Shown: one piece after another, positions 47,222 to 56,761 of the stretch
How the letters are laid out: the number at the start of each line of letters is the position of its first letter
Position numbering within the stretch: the stretch's first letter is position 1
DNA from: Candidatus Aminicenantales bacterium
GTDB taxonomy: Bacteria > Acidobacteriota > Aminicenantia > Aminicenantales > Saccharicenantaceae
NCBI GenBank assembly: GCA_050015275.1
Contig: JBEKBS010000010.1
Span: forward strand, 65,285 to 129,284
Direction of reading: 5' to 3'
DNA: 64,000 nucleotides
Program-made: the position numbers and the translations under genes
Notes under the pieces: generated by a model
Seen by the model: the letters and a program-made list of their open reading frames with translations, nothing else
Told to the model about the DNA's origin: nothing
The model's database searches: none

Positions 47222-49465
47222 ATGGCTAGAGACCCCGTCTGCGGGATGGGGGTCGGGGAGGATCGGGCCGAACTTCCCATCCTGGGGATGAGTTGCGCCG
47301 GCTGCGCCGTCAACGTCGAGCGCGGACTCCGGGACGTCCCCGGCGTCCGAGAGGCGAACGTCAACTTCGCCACGGCCCGGGCGACCGTCCTTTTCGACCC
47401 AACGCTCGTCGACACGAAAACCCTTATCAACGTCGTCAGGGAAGCCGGGTACGACGTTGCTGCGAGCGTCGATGCGGTGAAGCTCCTCAAGGAAAAAGAG
47501 GACACAACCGTCCGGAGCAAGGTCATTGCGGGAAGTGTCCTGGCGGCTCTGATCTTTCTGGGCAGCATGAGGCACTGGTTCCCCTGGACGCCGGCCTTCC
47601 TCAAGAGTTTCTTCGTCCTCTGGGCCCTGGCGACGCCCGTCCAGTTCATCATGGGCGCTCAGTTCTACCGCGGCGCCTGGGTTGCCTTCCGTCACCGGGC
47701 CGCCGATATGAACACCCTCATCGCTGTCGGCACGTCCGCCGCTTATCTCACCAGCGCGGCGGCGACCCTTTTCCCGTCGCTTTTCCGCACGGCCGGACTC
47801 GCCCCGGATGTCTACTTCGACACGTCGGCGGTCATCATCGTCCTCATCCTCTTCGGCCGGATGCTCGAGGCCCGGGCCAAGGGCCGGACCTCGGAGGCCA
47901 TCGGGAGGCTCATGCGGCTCCAGCCCAAGACGGCCCGCGTCCTGAGGGACGGCGCGGAGCAGGATGTCCCGATCGATGAGGTCCAGGTCGGCGACTCCGT
48001 CATCGTCCGCCCCGGAGAGAAGATCCCCGTGGACGGGACCGTCCTCGAAGGCCGGTCGGCCGTCGACGAATCGATGATCACCGGGGAGAGCCTGCCGGTG
48101 GACAAGGGGCCGGGAGCGGCGGTCATCGGGGCCACCATCAACAAGCTGGGAAGCTTCACCTTCCGGGCCGCGAAGGTCGGCAAGGACACGGCCCTGGCCC
48201 AGATCATCAGGCTCGTGGATGATGCCCAGGGGGCCAAGGCCCCGATCCAGCGGCTCGCGGACCGGATCGCCGGCTATTTCGTCCCGGTCGTCATCTCCAT
48301 CTCCATCGTCACCTTCGTCATCTGGTACGATTTCGGGCCGCCGCCCCGCCTGACCTTCGCCCTCCTGAATTTCGTGGCCGTCATGATCATTGCCTGCCCT
48401 TGCGCCCTGGGTCTGGCAACCCCGACGGCCGTCATGGTCGGGACGGGGAAGGGCGCGGAGAGGGGAATCCTCATCAAGAGCGGCGAAAGCCTGGAAACGG
48501 CCCACAAGGTCGACACCGTCGTCTTCGACAAGACCGGGACCCTGACCAACGGCGAGCCGTTGGTCACCGACGTCATCCCCGCCGCTGGGTACGGTCCCGA
48601 TGAGGTCCTAGCCCTGGCTGGGGGCGCCGAGAGAATGTCGGAGCATCCTCTGGGCCAAGCCATTTTTCTCAGGGCTCGGGAATCGGGCGTCTCCCTCGAA
48701 GCGCCGTCCGAATTCCGGGCGCTGGAAGGCCTGGGCGTCGAAGCCCAGGTTGCCGGGCGGAAGATCGTGGTCGGAAGCCTCAAGCTCGCCCGCCAGGCGG
48801 GGGCCGATCCCGATAGCCTCGTGTTGCGGGCGGAGGAACTGGCGCTCGAGGGAAAGACGAGCGCCTTCGTCATCGTTGACGGGAAGCCTGCCGGACTCCT
48901 GGCTGTCGCCGACACTCTCAAGAACAGCTCGGCGGCCGCCATTGGCAAGCTCAGGAACATGGGCCTTGACGTCGTCATGCTCACGGGAGACGGCTGCGGG
49001 GCGGCCCAGGCGATAGCCCGGAAAGCCGGCATCGACGTTGTCATCCCGGAGGTCCTCCCGGGCGAGAAGGCGAGCGTCATCAGGAAGCTCCAGTCCGAGG
49101 GCCGGAAGGTGGCCATGGTGGGCGACGGGATCAACGACGCGCCGGCCCTGGCCCAGGCCGATCTCGGGATCGCCATCGGCACGGGGACCGACGTGGCCAT
49201 GGAATCCTCCGACATCACTTTGATCTCGGGCGATATCGCGGGCGTCCCCGCGGCCATCGAGCTCAGCCGCCGGACGATCCGGACCATCCGGCAGAACCTC
49301 TTCTGGGCCTTCTTCTACAACGTCGTCGGGATCCCTGTCGCGGCCGGGGCCCTGTACCCCGTCCTCGGTGTCCTCCTCGATCCCATGATCGCTTCGGCGG
49401 CCATGGCCTTCAGCTCGGTTTCGGTCGTTTCCAATTCACTGCGCCTCAGGCGCGCCAGGATCTGA
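47222..49465 (+). CDS. copA: Copper-translocating P1B-type ATPase with N-terminal YHS/TRASH-like motif and HMA domain
   Basis: DPVCGM (YHS-like), GMSCAGCA (HMA CxxC), a CPC transmembrane motif, DKTGTLT, and GDGINDAP. I chose the start at MARD, preceded by AAAGGAGGGCGG. Confidence 0.9.
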   Translation: MARDPVCGMGVGEDRAELPILGMSCAGCAVNVERGLRDVPGVREANVNFATARATVLFDPTLVDTKTLINVVREAGYDVAASVDAVKLLKEKEDTTVRSKVIAGSVLAALIFLGSMRHWFPWTPAFLKSFFVLWALATPVQFIMGAQFYRGAWVAFRHRAADMNTLIAVGTSAAYLTSAAATLFPSLFRTAGLAPDVYFDTSAVIIVLILFGRMLEARAKGRTSEAIGRLMRLQPKTARVLRDGAEQDVPIDEVQVGDSVIVRPGEKIPVDGTVLEGRSAVDESMITGESLPVDKGPGAAVIGATINKLGSFTFRAAKVGKDTALAQIIRLVDDAQGAKAPIQRLADRIAGYFVPVVISISIVTFVIWYDFGPPPRLTFALLNFVAVMIIACPCALGLATPTAVMVGTGKGAERGILIKSGESLETAHKVDTVVFDKTGTLTNGEPLVTDVIPAAGYGPDEVLALAGGAERMSEHPLGQAIFLRARESGVSLEAPSEFRALEGLGVEAQVAGRKIVVGSLKLARQAGADPDSLVLRAEELALEGKTSAFVIVDGKPAGLLAVADTLKNSSAAAIGKLRNMGLDVVMLTGDGCGAAQAIARKAGIDVVIPEVLPGEKASVIRKLQSEGRKVAMVGDGINDAPALAQADLGIAIGTGTDVAMESSDITLISGDIAGVPAAIELSRRTIRTIRQNLFWAFFYNVVGIPVAAGALYPVLGVLLDPMIASAAMAFSSVSVVSNSLRLRRARI

Positions 49466-49479
49466 GCGGGCGGAATGTC

Positions 49480-49581
49480 ATGGCGCAGAGGATCATCGTC
49501 ACCGCGGCCGGACTCCTCCTCCTCGTGGGAGTCAACTGGTATTTTCTTATCTCCGGCCGGAAGAAGGCGGGCCGCCGCTGA
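49480..49581 (+). CDS. 33-aa single-transmembrane-helix peptide downstream of copA (CcoS/FixS-like position), hypothetical
   Basis: MAQRIIVTAAGLLLLVGVNWYFLISGRKKAGRR. It starts 15 nt after the copA stop, and its own stop overlaps the stop of the convergent outer-membrane-protein gene. Confidence 0.4.
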   Translation: MAQRIIVTAAGLLLLVGVNWYFLISGRKKAGRR

Positions 49582-50436
49582 TCAGAACTTGAACCGGAGC
49601 GACAGGCCCAGCCTGAGATAGGACGGGTCGACCCTGATCGTGCCCAGGCTGAGGGCGCTCTCGATCGGCTCGACGGGGTCGGTCAGGCCCTGGTTCGGTG
49701 AGACATGCATCCTGAAGTCCGTCCTGGAGCTCAGGAAATAGCGGACGTCCAGGCCGACGATGATGGTCCGCATCACGGTGTAGGCCAGCTCGCCCCCCAG
49801 GTTGATCCCGAAGGTCGTCTTGGGCCCGAAATCGTAAACCAGCTGGTAGGTCTTGATATAGAGGGTGTCAACATCGGCGTTCTGCTCGAGCCGGAAGCTC
49901 CAGAAGCCCATCGGCGTGGCCTCGCCCTTGAGATAGAAGACGGTCGCGCCGCCCGAGAGGTTGAAGGCCAGGTCCATGGACAGAGGAAAGCGGACGAGAC
50001 CGTTCAGACTGTAGGTCGTCTCGATGAAGTCACCCTTCGAGTCGGGCCAGGCGTCCTGCCGGGCGTAGGTGCGGGCGCCTGTCGTCGTGTAGTTCAGATT
50101 CACGTCATAATCCGAATTGGTCCCTCCGAGGCTCGGCCGGAAATAGTCCACCAGGACCTGGACCCCGGCGGTCTCGCCGACGAAAACGTTGAGGAACCCC
50201 GACATGCCTGAGCCGATATTCCCCCTCAAGTGGACCGTCTGCGACGCCGAGCTGCTGACATAGTTGGCGACGGGAGTCATCGGCGGGGCGAACTGATTTA
50301 CGTACGACGTGCTGAGTGCCGGGGCGACGAGCGACCAGCCGAAGCCCAGCTCGGCCTTGATATCGGCCCCCAGGGGTCCGGTCAAGGCCAGGGCCATCAA
50401 AAATATAGAAACCCCTAATGAGCGGAGATCTCGCAT
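49582..50436 (-). CDS. Outer-membrane beta-barrel protein, hypothetical
   Basis: Signal peptide MRDLRSLGVSIFLMALALTGPLGA, beta-strand periodicity, and a C-terminal LSLRFKF. Confidence 0.65.
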   Translation of the reverse strand: MRDLRSLGVSIFLMALALTGPLGADIKAELGFGWSLVAPALSTSYVNQFAPPMTPVANYVSSSASQTVHLRGNIGSGMSGFLNVFVGETAGVQVLVDYFRPSLGGTNSDYDVNLNYTTTGARTYARQDAWPDSKGDFIETTYSLNGLVRFPLSMDLAFNLSGGATVFYLKGEATPMGFWSFRLEQNADVDTLYIKTYQLVYDFGPKTTFGINLGGELAYTVMRTIIVGLDVRYFLSSRTDFRMHVSPNQGLTDPVEPIESALSLGTIRVDPSYLRLGLSLRFKF

Positions 50437-50492
50437 GTGCGCCGCCTCCTTCCTCGGGGAGAAGGTTAGCACGGCCGCGGGGACCCGTCAAT

Positions 50493-51521
50493 CTATCCGA
50501 AGAAAACCTTGGCCGTGGCGTAGAGGTCTTCGTCGACGGTTTTGGTCTGGGCCAGGGCTTCGGCCAGGGGAACGGAGACGATCCTGTTCCCCTGGAGCGC
50601 GGCCATCCGTCCGAATTCCTCTTTCTTGACCATGTCGATCGCCGCGATGCCGAGCCGTGTCGCGAGGACGCGGTCGAAAGCCGTCGGCGTGCCGCCGCGC
50701 TGGATGTGGCCGAGGACCGTCACGCGAGTCTCGATCCCCGTCCGCTTCTCGATCTCCTTGGCGAGGACGTTGCCGATCCCGCCGAGACGGACATGGCCGA
50801 AGGCGTCCTTCTCTTCCGTCTGAGTGATCAGGGTGGCATCTTTGGGCTGGGCGCCCTCCGCGACGACGACAATGCTGAAGAGCTTGCCCCGTTCCCGGCG
50901 CTTGAGGATCTGGGAGCAGATCTCCGGCATGTCGAAGGGGAATTCGGGGATGAGGATGATGTCGGCCCCGCCGGCGAGGCCGCCCTCGACGGCGATCCAA
51001 CCGGCGTGCCGGCCCATGACCTCGACAACCATGACCCGGTGATGGGCCTCGGCCGTCGTATGGAGCCGGTCCAGGGCCTCCGTGACCACGGTGATGGCGG
51101 TGTCGAAACCGAACGTGTAATCCGTGCCGGCAAGGTCGTTGTCGATCGTTTTCGGGACGCCGACCAAGCGGAGCCCCCGCTCGTGGAGTTTGAGCCCGAC
51201 TCCGAGCGTGTCCTCGCCGCCGACGACGATGACAGCGTCCATTTCGAACTTCTCGACCTGGGAAAAGATCTTCCCCACCCCGTCCTCGACCTTGAAGGGG
51301 TTTGTCCGGGAGGTGCCGAGGATGGTCCCGCCGCGGGGCAGGATGCCCGAGATGGCCCCCAGGTCCAGGGGAATGATCCTGCCCTCGATGAGCCCCTGCC
51401 AGCCGTTCTTGATGCCGAGAACGTCGTAGCCGTGGACGGTGATGCCCTTGCGGACGACGGCGCGGATGACGGCGTTGAGGCCGGGACAATCTCCGCCGCC
51501 GGTCAGGATTCCTACTCTCAT
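50493..51521 (-). CDS. pfkA: 6-phosphofructokinase (PfkA family, ATP- or PPi-dependent)
   Basis: MRVGILTGGGDCPGLNAVIR and the TIDND motif. I chose the start at 51521, after GGGAGGAGAAAGG. Confidence 0.9.
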   Translation of the reverse strand: MRVGILTGGGDCPGLNAVIRAVVRKGITVHGYDVLGIKNGWQGLIEGRIIPLDLGAISGILPRGGTILGTSRTNPFKVEDGVGKIFSQVEKFEMDAVIVVGGEDTLGVGLKLHERGLRLVGVPKTIDNDLAGTDYTFGFDTAITVVTEALDRLHTTAEAHHRVMVVEVMGRHAGWIAVEGGLAGGADIILIPEFPFDMPEICSQILKRRERGKLFSIVVVAEGAQPKDATLITQTEEKDAFGHVRLGGIGNVLAKEIEKRTGIETRVTVLGHIQRGGTPTAFDRVLATRLGIAAIDMVKKEEFGRMAALQGNRIVSVPLAEALAQTKTVDEDLYATAKVFFG

Positions 51522-51769
51522 GCCTTTCTCCTCCCGTGGGATGTGGCCGTTCTCCAGGAGAAAAACCGCGGGAATTATACACTTCACGGGGGCCCGCATC
51601 AAGCGCCAATGGCAAGCCACGAAGCGGCTGCGAATGAACTGCACTTGTCCAGCCTTCCTCATCCCGGGGCTTGACCATCCCGGCGGAATACTTTATATCA
51701 TAAGAGTTCAGCCGACCTCATGGGCCCGTGACCCGGCGGCGCTGGGCCAAGCCTCGAGTGGAGGGAAAG

Positions 51770-52660
51770 ATGCCAGCCAAGATCATCAGCGGCAAGGATG
51801 TCTCCTGCCAGATCCGTGAAGAGCTCAAGGGCCGGGCGGCCAGGCTAAAAGAAAGAGGGGTCATCCCGGGATTGGCGGTCGTCCTCGTCGGGGAAGATCC
51901 GGCCTCGGTCTCGTATGTGACGGCCAAGGCCAAGGCCGCCGAAGAGATCGGCATCTTCGAGACGACGATCCGGATGCCCGCGACGACCTCCGAGGCGGAG
52001 ATCCTGAAGGCAGTCGATGAGTTGAACCGCGACGGCCGATACAACGGGTTCCTCGTTCAGGTCCCGCTCCCGAAGCACGTCAGTGCGGAAAGAGTCGTCA
52101 ACCTCATTTCCCCGGATAAGGACGTTGATGGGTGGCACCCCGTTAATGTTGGCAAGATGCTGCGCGGCGAGCCGTGCCCTCTTCCATGCACGCCCTACGG
52201 CGTCGTCCAGCTGCTCATGCGGAGCGGCTACAGCCCGGAGGGAAAGCACGTCGTCATCTGCGGCCGGAGCAACATCGTCGGCAAGCCGTTGGCCGCGATG
52301 CTTATCCAAAAGAAAAAGGGTGCCAACGCGACGGTAACGGTCTGCCACACGGGAACCCCGAATATGGCCAAATACACACTCCAGGCTGATATCCTTGTCG
52401 CGGCCATGGGCGTGCCGCGCGTCATTAAGGCGGACATGGTCCCCCGCGGGTGCGTTGTCATTGATGTGGGAAACACCAGGATCGAGGATCCGACAGCGGC
52501 CAAGGGTTTCCGGTTCGTCGGCGACTGCGATTTCGAGCCGATCAAAGAGAAGGCCGAGGCCATCACCCCCGTCCCCGGCGGCGTCGGCCCGATGACTGTG
52601 ACCATGTTGATGATGAATACGATCGAGGCCGCGGAAAGGAAGGCCGGCCTTGTCCCCTAG
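51770..52660 (+). CDS. folD: Bifunctional methylenetetrahydrofolate dehydrogenase / methenyl-THF cyclohydrolase
   Basis: The N-terminus KIISGK, the YVxxKxK motif, and the Rossmann GRSNIVGKP. Confidence 0.95.
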   Translation: MPAKIISGKDVSCQIREELKGRAARLKERGVIPGLAVVLVGEDPASVSYVTAKAKAAEEIGIFETTIRMPATTSEAEILKAVDELNRDGRYNGFLVQVPLPKHVSAERVVNLISPDKDVDGWHPVNVGKMLRGEPCPLPCTPYGVVQLLMRSGYSPEGKHVVICGRSNIVGKPLAAMLIQKKKGANATVTVCHTGTPNMAKYTLQADILVAAMGVPRVIKADMVPRGCVVIDVGNTRIEDPTAAKGFRFVGDCDFEPIKEKAEAITPVPGGVGPMTVTMLMMNTIEAAERKAGLVP

Positions 52661-52675
52661 GACTTTCGGAGCTTC

Positions 52676-53710
52676 ATGAAAATCGGGAAGATCGATGACG
52701 CCACGTTCCGCGCCCTCATCCTGGGGCGGCTCGGCAAGAAGGACCCGACGGTCGTCGTCCCTCCGATGGCCGGCGTCGACGCGGGCGTCGTCGACCTGGG
52801 CGGGGGGAAGGTCCTGGTGGTCGCCGAGGACCCGATCTTCACCATGCCCCGGCTTCCCCTCGAAACGTTCGGCTGGTTCACGGTCCATATCGGGGCGAGC
52901 GACGTGGCCGTCATGGGGGTCAAGCCCAGGTACATGACATATTCGCTCTTGCTGCCGCCCGAGACGGGAGCCGGGGATCTCACGGCCATCGTCGATTCCA
53001 TCCACCAAGCGGCCCTCGGCCTCGGGATCGCCATCGTCGGGGGCCACACCGGATTTTACCCAGGGTTTGCCGCGCCGACCATCGGAGGGATCACGGTCTT
53101 CGCCGTGGCCCGCAAGGGCGAATACGTCACGCCCGCCGGAGCGAAACCCGGGGACGAAGTCATCCTGACGAAGGGGCCGGCCATCGAGACGGCCGGACTC
53201 CTGGCCGCCCTGCGGGAGGAGGAGCTCCTGGCGGCGCACCCGGCGGCATCGGTTGAGAAGGCCAAGGCGCTCTGTTTTGAAATGAGTGTCGTCTCGGACG
53301 CCCTGACGGCCAAGGCCGCGGGCGGGGTGACCGCCATGCACGACGCCACCGAAGGCGGAGTCATCGGCGGGCTCTTCGAGATCGCCGCGGCCAGCGGCGT
53401 CGGCATGGAGGTCGATGAATCGCTGTTCGTCTACCCCGACGAGGTCCGGATGGTGTGCGAAACGTTCGGGATCGACCCCGTGCGGGCCATCGCCGAGGGC
53501 AGCCTTCTCATCACCGCCCGGCCCGGGGCTTCCGGCAGGATCATCGCCAGCTTGAAAAGAAAAAAGATCGCCGCATCGGTCATCGGGAGGGTCGACGCCG
53601 ACCCCCGCCGGCGGAGGCTGAAACGGCGGGACGGCCGGGTCGTCCCCCTGGCCATCCCGGACCAGGACCCCTTCTGGCCCGCGTTTTTCAAGGGACTGGA
53701 AAACGCCTGA
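52676..53710 (+). CDS. AIR-synthase-related (PurM-superfamily, HypE-like) protein
   Basis: The PurM-like N-domain AGVDAGVVDLGGGKVLVVAEDPIF and a C-domain. It has no CxxC or selenophosphate motifs. Confidence 0.6.
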   Translation: MKIGKIDDATFRALILGRLGKKDPTVVVPPMAGVDAGVVDLGGGKVLVVAEDPIFTMPRLPLETFGWFTVHIGASDVAVMGVKPRYMTYSLLLPPETGAGDLTAIVDSIHQAALGLGIAIVGGHTGFYPGFAAPTIGGITVFAVARKGEYVTPAGAKPGDEVILTKGPAIETAGLLAALREEELLAAHPAASVEKAKALCFEMSVVSDALTAKAAGGVTAMHDATEGGVIGGLFEIAAASGVGMEVDESLFVYPDEVRMVCETFGIDPVRAIAEGSLLITARPGASGRIIASLKRKKIAASVIGRVDADPRRRRLKRRDGRVVPLAIPDQDPFWPAFFKGLENA

Positions 53711-53804
53711 GCCCGGAAACGGTGGGCTCTGATAAAGAGGCCGTTTCCAAAAAATTCCCTTTCAGGGTTGGAGCGGAAGGAAGGGGGAGGCCCGGCCGGG
53801 AGGG

Positions 53805-54266
53805 TCAGCGGGTCCTGGCCTTGGCCTTATCCCGGGGCTTTTTCTTCTTTTTCTCGGCCATCTCGACAACGTCGCGGAGCGTGATGCCGTCAAAATAGTT
53901 CTTCAGCATCTCCGAGGCCCCCTTCCAGATATCGTAAGTCGCGCATGTCTCGATCCGGTCGCAGAAATCCGGATCCTCCATGCACTCGACCAGGCAGCAG
54001 CTTCCCTCGAGGGCGTAGAGGATCTCGCTGAGTTTGATCTCCCCGGGGTCACGGGCGAGCTTATAGCCGCCGCCGGCGCCCCGAGTGCTCTTGACCAAGC
54101 GGCTGATCTTAAGCGGGATAATGATCTGCTCGAGGTAGCGAATGGAGATCTCCTCGTCGGCCGAGACGTCCCTGAGGATGACCGGCCTGTTGCCGTTCCC
54201 GTAGTGCTGGGCCAGGTTGAGCATCAGGCGGGTCCCGTAACGTCCCTTTGTCGAGAGCCTGATCAT
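53805..54266 (-). CDS. Rrf2-family (IscR-like) transcriptional regulator with Cys cluster
   Basis: N-terminus MIRLSTKGRYGTRLMLNLA (winged helix-turn-helix), and cysteines in SCCLVEC...C...C. Confidence 0.85.
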   Translation of the reverse strand: MIRLSTKGRYGTRLMLNLAQHYGNGNRPVILRDVSADEEISIRYLEQIIIPLKISRLVKSTRGAGGGYKLARDPGEIKLSEILYALEGSCCLVECMEDPDFCDRIETCATYDIWKGASEMLKNYFDGITLRDVVEMAEKKKKKPRDKAKARTR

Positions 54267-54461
54267 GGTGGACTCCTTGGGGCAAGATTGAAAATACCGT
54301 CCCCCGCCAATCCTATCTTAGTCCTCGGCACCGGCGATTTCAACATAAATGTATAGGAATTATCTATTTACTAGTCTCAGCGAGGCCGGGGACACGCCGT
54401 CCCCTTCATCTGAGGCCCGGGCCCCTTGCAGCCTCCGGACGGGGGGATGGGTTCCCTCGTC

Positions 54462-54490
54462 TTGACACTCCGCGTGGCGGATTGTATCCT
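54462..54490 (+). promoter_or_regulatory. Putative sigma70 promoter for the iorAB-acd operon (TTGACA-17-TATCCT)
   Basis: TTGACA at 54462-54467 and TATCCT at 54485-54490, with about a 75-nt 5' UTR before the iorA ATG. Confidence 0.4.
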
Positions 54491-54572
54491 AGTGCTTCAA
54501 CCCATGTTCGATGCGCCCGCTCTCTCTCCACCGTCCGCGCCGTCCGGAATAATCTAGAAACGGGGGATCTCC

Positions 54573-56165
54573 ATGGCACGACAAGTTTTGCTCGGTGATG
54601 AAGCAGTGGCCCTGGGGGCAGTCCACGCCGGCCTGTCCGCCGGATACTCATATCCCGGGACGCCGGCCTCGGAGATCATGGAATACCTGATCGCTCTTGC
54701 CGAGAAGGATGGGGGGTTCAAGGCCGCCTGGTCCGTGAACGAGAAAGTGGCCTACGAGGAAGCTCTGGGAGTTTCCTACGCCGGCAAGCGGGCCCTGGTC
54801 TCCTTCAAGCACGTGGGACTCAACGTGGCCGCGGACCCGTTCATGAACTCGGCGATGACAGGGGCCAACGGCGGCTTGATCGTCGTCAGCGCCGACGACC
54901 CCGGAATGCACAGCTCCCAGAACGAACAGGACAGCCGCTTCTATGCCCAGTTCGCCCAGATTTTCTGCTACGAACCCTCGGACCACCAGGAGTGCTACGA
55001 TATGGCCCGGGAAGCCCTCGATGTCTCGGAAAAGCTGGGGCTTCCCGTTCTCCTCAGGCTCGTGACGCGGCTCTCGCACAGCCGGTCGTCGGTCGAGACC
55101 CGCGAACCGAAGTCCCAGAACAAGCTCAGCGTCGGGGACTGGAAGGACTGGACGCTCCTCCCGGCCAACGCCAGGCGGAGGTTCGACCTCCTCCTCGACC
55201 GGCAGGCCGAGATGGCCCGGCTCGCCGAAGGATCGCCGGCGAACGCCCTGACCTTGAACGACAAGGACCGTTCCCTGGGCGTCATCGCCTCGGGCATCGC
55301 CGCGAACTATTTCCGAGAGGCCGTCGCGAAAGCCGGGAACTCGCCTTCGTTCCTCAAGATCTCGACGTATCCGCTCCCGGAAACTCTCGTCCGCAAACTC
55401 GTGGCGCATGTCGATACGGTCCTGGTCCTCGAAGATGGATATCCCCTGATCGAAAAGGCGATCCTGGGGTTTTTCGGCATCCCCGGGAAGAGGGTCCTGG
55501 GCCGGACGAGCGGAGCTGTCCCGGCCGCGGGCGAGCTCTCGCCCGACATCGTCCGCCAGGCCCTCGGCTTCGCGCCGCTCGCGGCCCAGGGCCTGAGCGA
55601 CGTCACCCTGGCCGGACGGCCGCCGCAGCTCTGCGTCGGGTGCCCCCACGCCGACACCTTCAAGGCCCTGAACAAAGCCCGGGAGGGCTACGACCAGTCC
55701 AATGTTTTCAGCGATATCGGCTGCTACACGCTCGGCGCCTTGCCGCCCTATAACGCCGTCCAGAGCTGCGTCTGCATGGGCGCGAGCATCGGCATGGCCC
55801 GGGGGGCCTCCGATGTCGGCCTCCATCCCGCCGTGGCCGTCATCGGCGATTCGACCTTCGCCCACTCCGGGATCACCTCTCTTCTGGACGCGGCCGCGGC
55901 CGACGCGGACATGACCGTCATCGTCCTCGACAACGGGACCGTGGCCATGACCGGCTGCCAGCCGAGCTACGGCTCGGGCGAGCGGCTCCTCAGGGTCATC
56001 GAGGGCGTCGGGGTCCCGAAGGAGCACATCCGGACGATCGAACCCCTGCCCAAGAACCACGCGAAAAATGTCCAGGTCATCAAGGAAGAGATGGCCCATC
56101 GCGGCCTGTCCGTCATCGTGGCCGTCCGGGAATGCATCCAGGAATCGAGGAAGAAAAGGAGCTAG
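54573..56165 (+). CDS. iorA: Indolepyruvate:ferredoxin oxidoreductase subunit alpha
   Basis: Thiamine-pyrophosphate-binding GDSTFAHSG...LDNG, and the pyrimidine-binding N-domain (YPGTPASEI). Confidence 0.85.
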   Translation: MARQVLLGDEAVALGAVHAGLSAGYSYPGTPASEIMEYLIALAEKDGGFKAAWSVNEKVAYEEALGVSYAGKRALVSFKHVGLNVAADPFMNSAMTGANGGLIVVSADDPGMHSSQNEQDSRFYAQFAQIFCYEPSDHQECYDMAREALDVSEKLGLPVLLRLVTRLSHSRSSVETREPKSQNKLSVGDWKDWTLLPANARRRFDLLLDRQAEMARLAEGSPANALTLNDKDRSLGVIASGIAANYFREAVAKAGNSPSFLKISTYPLPETLVRKLVAHVDTVLVLEDGYPLIEKAILGFFGIPGKRVLGRTSGAVPAAGELSPDIVRQALGFAPLAAQGLSDVTLAGRPPQLCVGCPHADTFKALNKAREGYDQSNVFSDIGCYTLGALPPYNAVQSCVCMGASIGMARGASDVGLHPAVAVIGDSTFAHSGITSLLDAAAADADMTVIVLDNGTVAMTGCQPSYGSGERLLRVIEGVGVPKEHIRTIEPLPKNHAKNVQVIKEEMAHRGLSVIVAVRECIQESRKKRS

Positions 56166-56168
56166 GCC

Positions 56169-56747
56169 ATGAAGCAGGACATCATTCTCGCGGGAGTGGG
56201 CGGCCAGGGGATCCTGTCCATCGCCTTCATCATCGACAACGCGGCCCTGGCCGACGGCCTCCAGTTCAAGCAGGCCGAGGTCCATGGCATGGCCCAGCGG
56301 GGTGGGGCCGTCCAGTCCCATCTCCGGCTCTCGAGCGAGAGGATCTGGAGCGATCTCATCCCCAAGGGAGAGGCCGACATGATCCTGAGCGTCGAGCCCC
56401 TCGAGGCCCTCCGGTATTTCGATTACCTCAAACCTGACGGGATCGTGGTCACGAGCTCGACACCCTACAAGAATATCCCCGACTATCCCGACCTGGACAA
56501 GGTCCTCGGGGCGGTGCGGAAGGCCCGGAGGAGCGTTGTCGTCGATTCGGAAAAGGTCGCCAAGGAGGCCGGGACGTCCAAGGCCCAGAACATCGTTATG
56601 CTCGGCGCCGCCTCGCCATTCCTCGCCCTCAAGGAGTCGAGTCTCCGCGCCCTGATCGAAGCCCTTTTCAAGCCGCGCGGACCGGCCCTTGTCGAGGCCA
56701 ACCTCAAGGCTTTCGAGCTCGGCCGGGCCGCGGCCGGGCCGTCCTGA
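56169..56747 (+). CDS. iorB: Indolepyruvate:ferredoxin oxidoreductase subunit beta
   Basis: The POR gamma-like domain ILAGVGGQGILS...GMAQRGG. Confidence 0.85.
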   Translation: MKQDIILAGVGGQGILSIAFIIDNAALADGLQFKQAEVHGMAQRGGAVQSHLRLSSERIWSDLIPKGEADMILSVEPLEALRYFDYLKPDGIVVTSSTPYKNIPDYPDLDKVLGAVRKARRSVVVDSEKVAKEAGTSKAQNIVMLGAASPFLALKESSLRALIEALFKPRGPALVEANLKAFELGRAAAGPS

Positions 56748-56761
56748 GCCGGGAGCCGCCC

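Noticed and set aside
53711-53804. Hairpin GGAAACGG...CCGTTTCC between the convergent AIR-synthase-like and Rrf2 genes
   Set aside because: It is followed by an A run on the plus strand and preceded by the T run on the minus strand, so it does not fit an intrinsic terminator in either direction. I keep it only as a possible structure.
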